A stretch of DNA of 56,445 bases, filler included, from Sphacelaria rigidula (Eukaryota), in assembly GCA_964200075.2 (NCBI GenBank). It is 6 parts of 6 records of this genome, joined end to end, with 100 filler letters (N's around TTAATTAATTAA, not from the genome) between each part and the next. Parts side by side here need not be neighbours in the genome. Positions count along the whole stretch, not along the records: positions 9,426 to 18,749 come from CAXNAA020008742.1; positions 18,850 to 28,173 come from CAXNAA020008743.1; 4 more parts are not named here. One strand, 5' to 3'. This document shows, in pieces, positions 11,693 through 24,052 of the stretch. Every line of letters starts with the position of its first letter. The first letter of the stretch is position 1. The notes below the pieces were generated by a model. The model was not told the DNA's origin. It worked only from the letters and a program-made list of their open reading frames with translations, and did no database searches. Position numbers and translations under genes: made by a program.

Positions 11693-14600
11693 TTAAGGTT
11701 TCCGCCCGCTGCCGTCCTTGATAGGTACCCAGCCGCGGCCCTCTGCCAGCTTAATGAAAACAACGCCCGCCTCATCGTCTTGTGGCGTGAACCGTTCGAC
11801 CGCTCGAACGCGATCTCCCGGGGCCAAAACCTCTCCCTGTTTGGGCGATGATGAAATAATTCAAAAGAACGGGGCGAGAAATGCGAGAAGCCTCGTGCGT
11901 TTGAGAGTTCGAAAGCTTGGAGAGTTTCTCGGGCGTTACAAGAACAAGACCCATGCCATGGCATGCAGAATAGCACAACCGCGAAGGACTTCTTGCTATT
12001 GACCTGATATGTTCAAAGCGACGCGCAGCGTACAGGGTGCAGCGCGGCACGTAGGCAACGTAGCGTGCAACGCGTGCCTAGAAGCACACGAGTGCCAGAA
12101 CGAGCACACCATGCACGCGCGCAAGGTATGAGTGCCTCAAGGGCTTGGGGAGCACCTCGCGGCAAGACAAAGGCATCTATTTCTCAGCAAGCCTGCAAGG
12201 TCTGCAACGTTCAGAAGCTCGCAAGGGTTAGCATAATTTGTGTGTGGTGCATGCTTGTTCATGTCCACTTTTGAGTATCGGAAGACACCAAAAATGCGGG
12301 CGACTGACTCACCGTAACCTCAGACGCCATCGCGGGACCACAGAGAACGTGAGTAGCCTGCTCGAGGCTCCTTGGAAGCTCGTACGTGCGACTACAACAG
12401 CCGCAACATCGACAGGCAAATGGGGAAAAGGAGCACAGATGGGTGAAGCGGAGCTCGGCAACAGCAGCGAAACGAATAGATACAGTTTTACAAAGGTCGC
12501 ACAAATCAATGGTTCGCCTGGAAATTACATGATTTTGTGTATCGTACGAATCTATCCTCACGCTTTGGTTTCAGCGTTGCAATCCAGGTACGCGCAGCCC
12601 AGGCACGTGGAATGGCACAAAAGTCGGGTGAAGACATTCATGACCGGCGGGCGACTTTGTTCCTCTCTTTCTGGAGCAATTAGGCCTGAGAAATCGTGGA
12701 ATTTGGTGATTCGAACTGGCGATGATACGTCCGAACCGTGCGGTATTTGGACAGTTGGGTTGCAACTTGTATATTGTGGGTCGGCGCACCGGATATGCTG
12801 AATGTTTGTACTACGATGTGCATCAATCACACGGAGGTATGGTCAACGCAATCACAGGTTGATAGCGAGGAGCTTGCAGTGGGACCAAGACCAGTATGAA
12901 AGTGAGCGTCATCGAAGTTTGAAGCAGCAGTTTGTAGAAGGAGCAGTGGGGGACACTCGCTGCGCGCACATATTACTACTACATGAAGCACACGAGTAGA
13001 GCTCTCCCTGCTGTACGAGATACGAAGCCTGAGCAATAGCGTTTCGGCAAGAGAGATACTGCATCCGACACAAGCGGCAGATGTAGTGTCTGTACAGTAA
13101 GTAAGTATTCCAGCAGAATCTCTACTCTATGCAATTCTAGACGACACAGCTACGCAGGAGTAACTCACGTGTCTTCGACCAGCTCTCCTGGTACTTCAGT
13201 AAGCAACGGCATGTTGGGACAGCCAGCGCACGTCCACCCTCGGTCGTCGGCAATCCTCAGGTAGGTGTTGTCTCCCTTTGAGATCACCTGAACGTAGCAC
13301 ACACAAAACCGAGTACGACGAGAATATGCAATCAATACTACATAATTGTCATAATTGTCATTACACGCACAAAGAATCAAACCCAGGTCACGGAGTAGCA
13401 ACTGTAGCAGGCAGGTCTACTGGCATGTTTTAGTTTTCGTTCTCACTTTTATAACTCATATCCCCCGGCCGATGCATGCCTTCCGATTTTGGATGGCGGA
13501 TTGGATCGGCACTCCCGCGCCGCGTGGACGGTCGTCTGACAAACTGGGCCAAACAGACTGTTGTTGCTATTATCGTCACGTTAGTGTTAGTCACCTTCTC
13601 GCGCTTTCAACGACGAAAATCAGGTGCTCGTGAGAGAAAAGTCAAACTAGACGCATCCGGCGAAAATCCAACCCGCATTTACTCTACCCTCTTGGTCTCA
13701 GTTATATCATTACACCGCCGGGGTGGAGGGGATACGAAATGTTTGCCCACGGAGATCATCGTTGCGTCTCAACTACACAACGAACAACGACCCTTGCCTG
13801 CACGACCTCGATGACCTCCATGGGGAAAATGCCTTCCCCCGTGCGGGGAGCGCCCTCTTCCGGGTGGGTGTATATCCACTGGGACGCGCCGGTGTCTGGC
13901 ATGCCGTAGAAGAAGCGACCCTTTTTCCTGTTTCCCAGATGAGAACAGCACACATGGGAAACACCCGTCGGAACGGCATCGCGCTGAGAGTCTATTAAAG
14001 CGTACAATGCACGCTTCAATATCGCAGTGCTCAATTCAACGTACATTTTCAAGGGGGAGGGATGTACCCATGACATTGCATGTCGTCGTCATAAGATCAT
14101 CGACTTCGGATCCCTAGAAAGCCGGGACGGAGCACGCTGGGTTCTCGCCGGGCCAGGTTCGCACTCAATCACCAAGCGCGAGGCGCCATGATGTGTTCGG
14201 CGCGTCGCATGAAGGGTGAGCTGAATTTTACCCAGATTCTCGACCCGAAGCGTACTGACCGTCTTGCATATGGATGACAGCCTGTACTGAGTTGCTTCAT
14301 TTTTTGGTATCGCCACTTTCAGGGACAGTCACAGGTTACAGACTGCCCCGTGGGTGTCGCATTTATCACCATTTTTCGGGGGGTGGGGGGGGGGGGGGGG
14401 GTGGGGTACCAGGTATCGGTTTGCGGCGACCACCCAGCCAGCCGGACAGAATTTTGGCGTGTTGGGACACACGATACAAGTCAACACAGAAATAACTGCA
14501 ACACCCGGCAACAAGTATGGCAAGACACTCGAAACGACGCGTCGCGCCGCATTCAATTTAGTCCAAGCTCCCAAGCCAGTTTCGTACCCGAGGCTCCAGT

Positions 14601-17600
14601 AGTTGTCTTCCGGCGGCGTGAACTCGTTCAACCACAGCGTATAGATCTGTGCGTTGATCGCCGTCATCCACCGAGTCATTTCGTCGTGATTTTGTGCGAT
14701 CAGGAACCACGCCGCCTTCTCAGCGTAGTATTTAGAGATGGAGGCAACAAGAAGCAAAAGAGATATTGAGAAAAAACGCAGCACGGATGCACGCACACCC
14801 GGGGAAAGTAAACCATCAGGTGTACAGCGCACAGGCAGGGAATAAAAGTCAGTTGCACACGGAAGCGATCGGGTTCTGCAGCTTGAGAGAGTAGCGGCAG
14901 CTTGAAACAAGATAATTGAAATAATCCATGGAGTACGCACGTATCTGCAGTACTGGTACAGACATGTACGACTTCAAAATAGACCTCTCGACAAGGAAAA
15001 GCTGCGCACTTTATATTCGACCGTGTCGGCATACCAGTACTTGCACGTTGACAGGCCATTCAATCCGTATAGTAGTTTGCCGTAAGGGTGACGTTCTCTT
15101 TCGGTACAGATACAGGCTGGGCCGCCCAAGACGCGGACAGGGATGTGAACATGCGATTTAGCAGATCAATTTTGGGTCGTTTTCTATGAAATTTTGACAC
15201 AATGTTCAGGACGAATGCACGAAGACTCCATTTTCGGACCCCTACATTTTTTCCCCGAGTTTTTCACTATTTTGTTCCAGGAAAAAATGTTCTGAAATGT
15301 TTGGTCGCCGATAACTCACGGAGAGAAAAAAATGTACGAGGCAAATGGGGGCGTCTTCGCACATACATCCTGTACATCGTGTCAAAATTTCATGGAAAAC
15401 GACCTGAACTGAAGCTGCTAAATCGCGTGTTCGTGTTCAAGACTCGTTCCAATGTGGAGATGGACCAGCCACGAAAAAATGAAACGCGGTTGTGCTGTTC
15501 AATTCCAAGTATTTGTTCACGAAATTCCGACACGATGCGCATGAGGTACGTTGTGAAGTCCCTTGTGTTCCCCCCTAACATTTTTTCTTCTCAACGAGAT
15601 GTCGACGCTTTTGTATCAGGAAAAACTGTTCCGAGATTTAGATAACTAATAATTCACAACGGGAATATAAAAAAAGAGGGGGAGACGGTTGGGGCTTTAC
15701 ATGTACCAAACCAATGAATATCGTGTCAAATTTTCATGGAAAACGACTTGAAATTGGGCAGTGAAAAGCGTTTCTCTGTCGAGAACCGGTTCACTTGCTT
15801 TTTGAGTACAACAACCTCAGCCGGAACTTTGACGTTTTTCTTCACGCCCGACACATCGGGGTGCTGGAGATCTCGTCTGCGTGCCCCCTCAGACCCTGCG
15901 CGGGTAGAGTACGACATGAATTGTTGTACAACCACAACTAGTACAGCATTATCCCTTTGCGGCCACGGCACAACCGACTGTGACCGTAAATGCGATTTCA
16001 GCCGTTTTTTTCCTTAACTCCGCCGCACATGCCGCCCTCAACTCTCTACACTTCGCAGCTGACTACAGTTTGGTATTTCGTTTGATGGGAACTTGTCAGA
16101 TCGCAGTGATACGTGAAGTGAAACACGCGCGTTGATTTGCAGATTATCACAATGTGTCATATTAGGCACAACTCGCGATAGATGGTTAGATCCGGCTGGA
16201 AGAAAGTCCGCTTCTTAATCGGCCCAGCCTGTAAACACTCACTGCTGACTACTGACTGCCCCTCCGCTCACCGATCCAGTGCGAACGCAGAAGCAGAACT
16301 TCGTGTTGGTGAAGGCCGTAGTGGAGTGGGATGTCAGCTCCATGGTCTGAAAACCAAGGCATGAACGGGCATATTCGAGAAGGTACAGCATTATGAAATA
16401 AGACAGACGAAGCGCGTGGGGGTATGGACAGCGTTAGTCACACTTGAAAAAATAAAAATGCGCATGTGTACATGATACCCGCGTCTTCTGCGAAACAGCG
16501 AGGATCATAGGACATGCTAGAAACTAAAACAGATTGCGCTCTGGCCCACAATACAACTAGCATCAGTAGCATCCACAATCGTCCACAGGACCAGTGACAC
16601 GAGTACAAATTATTTTTGAGGTAAACAGCAGCATCCAAGCTGGCTACGCTATCATGGAGCTCACTCAGCACAGCATAGAACCTGCGACCTGGACTGTCAA
16701 TACGGTGAACCAAAGAACAAAACATACGATGGTGACTGCGAACAGGATATTTCATGTTGTCACATGTCCCCAACTTGAGCCCGCTACGCGACGGCGATTC
16801 AAACCGCATATACAGCTACAATGCGACTACCCTCTCGACACATCGTTGCAAAAAAGGTGATGAATTTCGGATCGATTTTCATACATTTTCATACATAAAT
16901 CCAAACAAAGTTCATCAGATAAACAAGCACAAGGCGAGGCCGGCATCAAACACACTAGGGTGCGTACCACATCGTGCGCACTTCGCATACAGGAGGCAAT
17001 CTGACAAGAAATTTGCCAACGGATGGTGCGACGAAATTCCGGCGGCGGCACCCAGGCTTCCCACTAGTTTTTGTGCTAACCTTGCTCTTCTTAGTTCCGG
17101 CAAGGGCCTTCTTATCGTAGTGTTTCAGGTACCCGTCCTCCAGCTGGAAGTAGTACGATGCCCACCGAGCGGTGAATCGCTTTTGTTTCATCAGGTAACC
17201 CTGCACAAACGAGCCAAGAAAACAGAGAAAAAATATAATATATATATATACATTTTGTTTCCAATCAAGAGTAAAAAACCATACAGAACACAGTATAGAT
17301 GTAATGGAGCACGCTCATGTCGAGGTATCTACTCAAGACACAAACCTTCCATCCCTTCATCCGCTTGTAGTCATTGTGCCAAATACCCGGCTCTTCGAAA
17401 ACAAACACCAGCAAGAATCCATGTCCGATCGGTAACATACACACAAGACTGAAACAAGACTCGCCACGAACTGGGCCAGCCTAAAAGCGGATTCAAGCTC
17501 TAAAAGCAATATCTCATCGACAAAGACGAGTTGGCCCAGGATCCGCATATCGTATAAATTGGCCAATCAAGGGGAAGGTGCTCATCTGCTCAAAAATCTG

Positions 17601-18199
17601 GGCCAGTTTTTTCCTTGTTGACTTAAGCCCCATGTCTAGGAATTCCTACACCGTACAGAAATAGCGTCTACACTCAAATCTATATGACACCCCGAACGAT
17701 GCATCCAGCGGATGATGACGATTTTTGGTGGGACCTTCCTTGGAGCACGGGGACACGATCGATACCCCCACCTTTACCTAATTCGTAATCTATATCGAGA
17801 TATGGCGCACATAAGTTTCTATACCGAAATCAATATATTGCGGGCAGAGGCACTAGATGCCCCAAATCTGGATATCGCGTCTCAGTTTTTTAGAGTATGA
17901 AAGTCGTGTTTCTAGGGGAGTTTTGAGGAGGAATGAACATTGCTCTTGGGCCTTATCTCAATTTTGAAGCTCAATTTTCAACATTTTGATCTGGAACTTA
18001 GCATGGAGAACGACAGAGGTATTGGGCGGTGCGCCGGTCTCACATGCAACGGCAACGATCAGAGGAAGAAACCCGATTGTACAGTCTACGCCTTTAGATT
18101 CAGGTGTTCTTTCTCCAGTCTGGAATCCGGTCGGTGTCCCATCTCTGTGTCCGAGCCGCAAATTGAAGATCCAGCAACGGTCTGACGTTGTCGCCGCAT
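11693..18199 (-). CDS. PH-domain protein with two C-terminal SH3-like repeats, about 300 aa. Exons 18199-18092, 17200-17081, 16346-16272, 14715-14588, 13927-13798, 13287-13169, 12391-12313, 11836-11693
   Basis: Joined exons give a 903-nt open frame ending in TAA. PH hallmarks: LNLKGYLMKQKRFTARWASYYFQLEDGYLKHY...FCFCVRTGSAAWFLIAQNHDEMTRWMTAI. Two repeats follow, ending TYLRIADDRGW and VFIKLAEGRGWV. All splice phases match. An acceptor at 18208 allows a further upstream exon. Confidence 0.85.
12491..12740. mobile_element. MITE family C, copy 2 (intron of the PH gene)
   Basis: Reverse-complement homolog of 5985-6243 (shared TTCCACGTGCCTGGG..GCGCGTACCTG and TTCTCAGGCCT.ATTGCTC). Confidence 0.7.
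14052..14222 (-). mobile_element. LINE 3' stub (long-loop subfamily), intronic
   Basis: Minus strand reads GTGCTCCGTCCCGGCTTTCTAGGGATCCG...CATGGGTACATCCCTCCCCC. Confidence 0.65.
15147..15432. mobile_element. Foldback-type MITE with long imperfect TIRs (about 80-110 bp)
   Basis: GAACATGCGATTTAGCAG..GGTCGTTTTCTATGAAATTTTGACACAATG is mirrored by CATCGTGTCAAAATTTCATGGAAAACGACC..CTGCTAAATCGCGTGTTC. Confidence 0.75.
15481..15776. mobile_element. Second, more diverged foldback MITE of the same family
   Basis: GAAACGC..TTCAATTCCAAGT..TTCACGAAATTCCGACACGAT versus ATCGTGTCAAATTTTCATGGAAAACGACTTGAAATTGGGCAGTGAAAAGCGTTTC. Confidence 0.6.
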
Positions 18200-19527
18200 G
18201 ATGTTCACCTATATTCGTTGGATCTTTGTGAGCTCTAGCATACAAGCGACCTGTACGCATCGTTGGATCTTCCTGGTCTTCGGGCCAACCAGCAGGGGTG
18301 CTACACTCTTTTGGTCGTTGGGTTTCGGCGTTTTTTGGTGGGGTGTGATTTTACTGAAAATGGCTACGGTTGTGACTGCTCGGTGTATCTTGTGCTGAGA
18401 CGGTGGTACGGTCACCACTTTACAGAAAATGGCCAGCAGTAAAACAATGAAGGGCAAAATATAACTTTTTAGCAGAGGGCAGGGTGTACTTTCCTGTTTT
18501 GATTACAAAAAAGGGTACTCTCACAAGCTCTCATTTTCGGCGCCGTAGTTCAGCCCAGTAACGCTTGTGAAAATGAAAAAAAATAGCGGGGTATGCTGCC
18601 CAGACACCTTGAGCGTGGCGATGAGACGCCGGAACGTGTTTTCGAGGTATTAACCCTTAGACCGCGAGATTAGTCTTTCTGTATCATGCATACTTTTTTT
18701 TCACTTGAAATTAATGCCGATTCATAAGAAGACTAACGTCGCGGTGCAANNNNNNNNNNNNNNNNNNNNNNNNNNNNNNNNNNNNNNNNNNNNTTAATTA
18801 ATTAANNNNNNNNNNNNNNNNNNNNNNNNNNNNNNNNNNNNNNNNNNNNTGTTCAAAAGTTTAAGGAAAGAAAAAAATAATTCCCCCCCCCCCCCCCCCC
18901 GGAAAGACTCGAGCATTCAAAAAAGGGGCATAAGGTCTCGGATTTATTTTTTGGGCACTCTCAGGTGACATTCAAATCCCATTCAAACCGGTGAGCGATT
19001 CGAAAACCATTCATCTGTAACTTGCAGCAGCGGACTCTCCGTGAGGAGAGGAGAATGCAAACAAGCCAAGGCTGGCAGCACGCAGAGACAAGAGCGCGAA
19101 ATGATTGACGCCCGAACCCACAAGCACGCATGCAGTTGAATTGTAATTCATGGTGTACTTTGTATTTTGTGGTCGCGGATTATCGTTTGTGTGCTATTTT
19201 TTATTCCAGATGTATGTCGTGCTATGAAACGACAAACCTGACATATATCCGCAATATCACTTCGAGGTGTAGTGACCACGAGTACTGTACTCTCTGTAAC
19301 TGTACTGTCGTCAGGTGCCGACCCCAATCCTGTTGCCATTTTGTTCGTATTCATGTAAGCATCTTTGTTACAAACGCACCATACTAAAAATGGTATACAC
19401 ATAGCCGGCAACGGCAAACTTCAAATAAACTGGATAAACTGGAGTCCTCATCACCAGTTCTAGTTTAACTGCCAGTACAAACTGGTCAAGTTCACAGTCC
19501 TAACATATATATATATATATATATCTA

Positions 19528-20130
19528 CTTCCTCTGTCCCGTGAGTCTGGACGGTATGCTTGCACGAGCCGTTACCCGTGTCCGATCTGACTTATGATGT
19601 TTTTTTCGATTTCTCAGCTGTTTTTTTAGTTAAAAGCATATATATATATATATATTGCAGATCGCTGTTGAACTATGCGGCCGAACGGCCGCAAAGAAAT
19701 CAGTCGGCCCCAAAATGGCCGTATTTCGCCCCTTTCTTAGGGGCAAAAAATGTGTCACAAAAAAAATAACTGGTCGGTCGAGGAAATTCTCGGTCGTCTC
19801 CCACCCGTTCGGCGAGGGGGGGGGGGATACTTGGGGCAAGTTCATCGTATTGTGATGTCTGCGGGCTAGGTGTGGGATGTTCAGCACGAATTTTTTCAAA
19901 ATAAATATCAAAAACATTCTCATAAGGATTCTAAAAAAAGAGGCCAAAATGGGGTATATTATGATCTGATTTTAGTGCTGAAAACGTCTTTTTTTTTCTT
20001 TTCTTTTTTTTTCATCAGCTTCGTATGCGCTTCATGTTTCTATAGAACCCAACTATAAGGTCATCGTCAACACCCTTGCACCCAAACAATAAAACGGCCA
20101 TGACCGACCAGACTTATCGGACAGAGGAAG
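19528..20130. mobile_element. Tc1/mariner-derived (Stowaway-like) MITE, 603 bp
   Basis: TIRs of about 30 bp: TA|CTTCCTCTGTCCCGTGAGTCTGGACGGT...ACCGACCAGACTTATCGGACAGAGGAAG|TT. Resembles the Stowaway CTCCCTCCGT terminus with a TA target and sits beside an (AT)n tract. Confidence 0.65.
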
Positions 20131-20389
20131 TTCATATATTCTCTCTTTTTTGATAATGTGAAGTATGGAGCGGTAATGACCCAAGCACATTTGTGACGAT
20201 CACTTGGCATCAGGAGAGATTTTTCGTCATAGCCTACTCGCACGATTGTCTTTGTCATACAGATTAATTATTGATTGCCTACAGCTGCTGTCATTTCCCC
20301 CCTCCCACTCAATTTCCTGGTTATGTATGTGCGTGTGTTTGTTGCTCCTCGTCTTTATTTTTTCGATTTTTTTATTTTATTTTTTTCAG

Positions 20390-23340
20390 GTGGGACGACG
20401 ACGAGCACCCGGGGCTCGCTGGCAACGGGGAAGATTCGTCATTATCCACTCGCACCGGCACAACTTCTCTATCCCTCTCCCAGGTAAGTACCGAGGTGGT
20501 TGGGTAGGTTAATAGGGTTAAGGTATTGTACTTGACGGGAACCGTACGTCGCTAGGGTATTTGCACATACAGAGTGCCCGAGGCTACCATACCGTTCGAG
20601 AGGATGTGCAGTACCGAATGCTCCAGGGTCTCCGAGGTTTCCGGTGTATTTCCAGTACTAGGTAAAAGTGGACGGACAGAGGCGGGTGGGAGGGGGAGTG
20701 GAGTGGAGATTGAGGGACATGGCATCGCTTGGCCTATGGCAAGTACTCTTTTTTTTGTCATGCTTACGCTGTGACTATGCGTGAGCGGAGATGATGGACA
20801 CGATGACGCAGCTGTACAGACACCGAACAGAGAACCCGGGATCTGCCTCCCTTCTCTCCCCCCTTCACGATCGAAATGTTTCACACGTTGGACAATACGT
20901 GGTCAATAAGAGCTCGGAAATGGTTTGTCTAACCATAATCAGTTGAGTGGTTACGTGTAGCGCACTCATTAACCAGTCAAATGGTACATGATGGTCTGGT
21001 CATCGAGCGACGCAGCTTCGAGTCAAAGAGCGCTAGAGGCGCGTGCCGGAGGCACCTTTTCACGCGGTTTGACTTCACGAGAGCCAAAAAATATGGTGGA
21101 TTTAGGCCAATGTTTGAGGGCTGTACGTAGCATACGTAGCCGGTAACGGCTTATAAATTCGGTAACGGTAGCTCATGGTTTGGAACCACTGTCCAAAATT
21201 TCCATACAATATAACCATTACCATCATTACCATTATAATGATTATGGCCAGCTATAACTGGTACCATTCCCGGGCTCTATGGTGAAGAGTTGCGATATAC
21301 AGAACATGTACTGCTTCAAGTATAGGCCTATTTGCGACCGTTGTCGAATGTCGACAATGGTCGCCATAGTCCTATACTTTGAGGATGATATCTGTTGTCT
21401 ATTGCAAGTATTGGCCATATTTTGTCATTACCAAGGTGTGAAGGAGTTGCACAAGGATGTACGTCATCATCCCCTTCATTCAAGGTATTTATTGATGACC
21501 TGATGAGAGCAAGAGAAGCAGCAAAGCAAGGAGTCAGGGTGGGGGAAGATGCGGTATCAAGATTGATGTTCGCGGATGATCCTTTGAGGGTATCAGAAAC
21601 ACCACAAGGATTGAAGAAGCAAATAAAGAAGACGCTAGAATGCACTAGGGAATGGAGAGTGACAGCGAACCTTAGCAAATGCGCGGTACTGGTATGTAAC
21701 GGAAATAAAAACCCGGTAGAGTCCAAATGAAAGTGGGAAGAAGAGGAACTGTTGGTGGTAGACTAGTGACCTACCTTGGCGTAGAGATCTCGAAAAACCG
21801 TTCTTGGGATGCAGGCATGAATAATGTGATGGAAAAGGGTAAGGCACAGATAGGAAGGATAGACGTGATGCTGAAACTCGCACCTAGACACTAGGATTAA
21901 GATATATATCCTGATAAACGTGATGGTACCAAAGCTGGAATATGCAGGAGAAGTATGGGAGTGGAACGGGAGGTTGGTGAAGAAGTTGGAAACAGTACAG
22001 ATGGCAGCAGCTAAGAAAATACTCGGATGCTCGACAACGACGAGTAATACAGTTTTGAGAGCAGAGTTGGGAATATTCTCACTTGAAACAGAGGCATGAG
22101 GAAATTGCGATGGCAATATAGCGTAAAGAACATGCACAGAAAGAGGTTGCCAGCTATTGTTGATAGGGCTACAGGAAAGTAAATTACGAAAGGGTAAGTT
22201 GAAATATGGTTGGATAGAGAAGTCGAGAAAGTATGGAAGGAGAAAGGAGGAAACCGAGACGAAATACTTTCCATAGGTGAAGGCATGGGGTATAAGAGAG
22301 GAGTAAAAGACATGATAAAAACCAGGGAAACACGAGCGCTCAGACGCAAAGTGGACGAGGAAGAACACCTGAAGATATACGGAAGGGGTCGAGAGAGGGG
22401 ATGGGGATGAAAACATATCTGCACGGCCGAATGGATGCGGCGAAAAAAGTGAAACTGCGATCTCGGGTGTGGGACCTGGACCTGCCAAAAAGAAGAAAGA
22501 GATTTACCAGTAGTCGAAATGAGGACGAAGTAGATGCACAGATTTGCGCCCGTGGCAAAGCAATAGAGAGCAGAAGTCATATAGTGGCAGAATGTGAGCT
22601 ATACAAGGAGCAGCGGGACGTGCTAGAGGGGGAATGCGGGACGTGAACGAAGATAGCATGAAATCGTGTAATGCATTAGATAGTGGCGAAAAAACGATGG
22701 CTATACTAGGAGATCGACGGTGGCCACAGATGGCGAAGCAGGACGGGGAAAATATATGTAAAAAATTCTCGTGCAATGTACGGAAAAAACGTAATGAGCG
22801 CCGGAATGTTGGAGGTGTCTCTATTACGATTAGGAACGGTGCTCCGTCTCGAAAGGGATGCGTGGTCAATGGTCCAACGACGAAGGCAATCAACAAATGA
22901 GTACACCCCCTCCCGTCCCCCCCCCCCCCGCCCCGTGTTTTTCCCGCCTGCTTTACCCTGAACTGTTTCTGCGCTGGTCGTGAAAGTACGTCTGAGTGGG
23001 TTCGTACAAAGTCACGTGAAGAAAAGAAAAGTGATTGAATTGTTCCGAAATGTAATTGTTCCGAAATGACTCACCACTCAAGAAGCACAATCGCATAATG
23101 AATATATTCGTGTGTTTGTCGTGTGCTTAATTTTTCCCTTGTGTTTTCGTTATGTGATGTGATCAGGCTGAAAACGGTGGCGCGAGTGCAGGGCAGGACG
23201 ATGACGACTGGGGCATGGGTAACGCCGAGGACAGAGCGGAGCAAAAACCCGAGGGGGGAGCTGCGTCAAGCAACATTGACAGCAGGTTCGATTCAGATGT
23301 AAATAGGCTTCCTCTCCCGCATTTCGTTCGATTGCCCTGA
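20390..23340 (+). CDS. Probable last two coding exons of an unidentified gene (20390-20483 and 23167-23340), acidic low-complexity peptide
   Basis: Strong poly-T acceptor TTTTTTCAG|G and donor CAG|GTAAGT. WDDDEHPGLAGNGEDSSLSTRTGTTSLSLSQ joins in phase 0 to ATCAG|AENGGASAGQDDDDWGMG...VRLP*. Confidence 0.55.
20908..21279. mobile_element. hAT-like MITE
   Basis: TIRs AAGAGCTCGGAAATGGT...ACCATTCCCGGGCTCTA; 8-bp flanks TGGTCAAT/TGGTGAAG (6 of 8 match). Confidence 0.45.
21280..22935 (+). mobile_element. Decayed, 5'-truncated LINE (ORF2 RT C-terminal half, Cys/His motif, 3' end), intronic
   Basis: RT motifs GVAQGCTSS..FKVFIDDL, LMFADD, NLSKCAV, YLGVEI, PKLEYAGEVW; C-terminal ICARGKAIESRSHIVAEC; many stops and frameshifts; ends ATGAGTACACCCCC. 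Confidence 0.9.
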
Positions 23341-23645
23341 GGTACAGACAAATTTCGGATTTTTTTGTGGACTTGACCTGTCTCCGAAAAAAATGAGCGG
23401 TCTCCGAGAAAAATGCATGTTTGCGCAAGAAAAAACTGCTGCCACCGGAAATACTCACGGGTGTGTTGGAACCGTCTCAACGGGTACAGGAAGGCGTTCC
23501 AAGGTGTCAAAATCCGCCTAGCTCTCTTTCAGAGCGTAAAACGACGTGAAAGCTCCGCAAAAGCACTTCTCCATATTTGTTGTTTTTGGAAGCGGTCTTA
23601 TACTCACGTAAGTATCCAAATTTCAGCCGGTATACCCTACAAGTC

Positions 23646-23973
23646 GCCCGTGGTTGGACCCTGTGTTGATTTCCACGTGGCCTCGCGCGTCGAGTTGGAT
23701 AAGCGGGTGCCACCCCCTAAGTCCGAATGGCCACCTGCGGCACCGGATCTTCTGAGATTAGCCATATTTTTTCTCTTTCTTCATTATTAATTCCTGTTTT
23801 GCTTGTATCGTGTTTTGTGAATTTTCATTTTTTTGTTTGGTTTTGTTTGGTTCCCTCATACCTTATTATAGGTAGCTAGCCTGTGACCACGTCCGCATCA
23901 GATGCCCAGTACGAATGTACCGCGTAGATATCGGGACGGTTTTCATGTGAAGACAACGACAACAACAACAACA
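23646..23973 (+). mobile_element. 5'-truncated non-LTR retroposon with (CAA)n tail and 14-bp TSD
   Basis: Flanked by ATACCCTACAAGTC (23632-23645) and ATGCCCTACAAATC (23974-23987); same 3' end as 8200-8278. Confidence 0.7.
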
Positions 23974-24052
23974 ATGCCCTACAAATCACCGCCTTGGAAT
24001 ATTCTCTCCGGGACAGTTCCGTGTCACTTGTAACCCTTCCTCACGCTAGACA

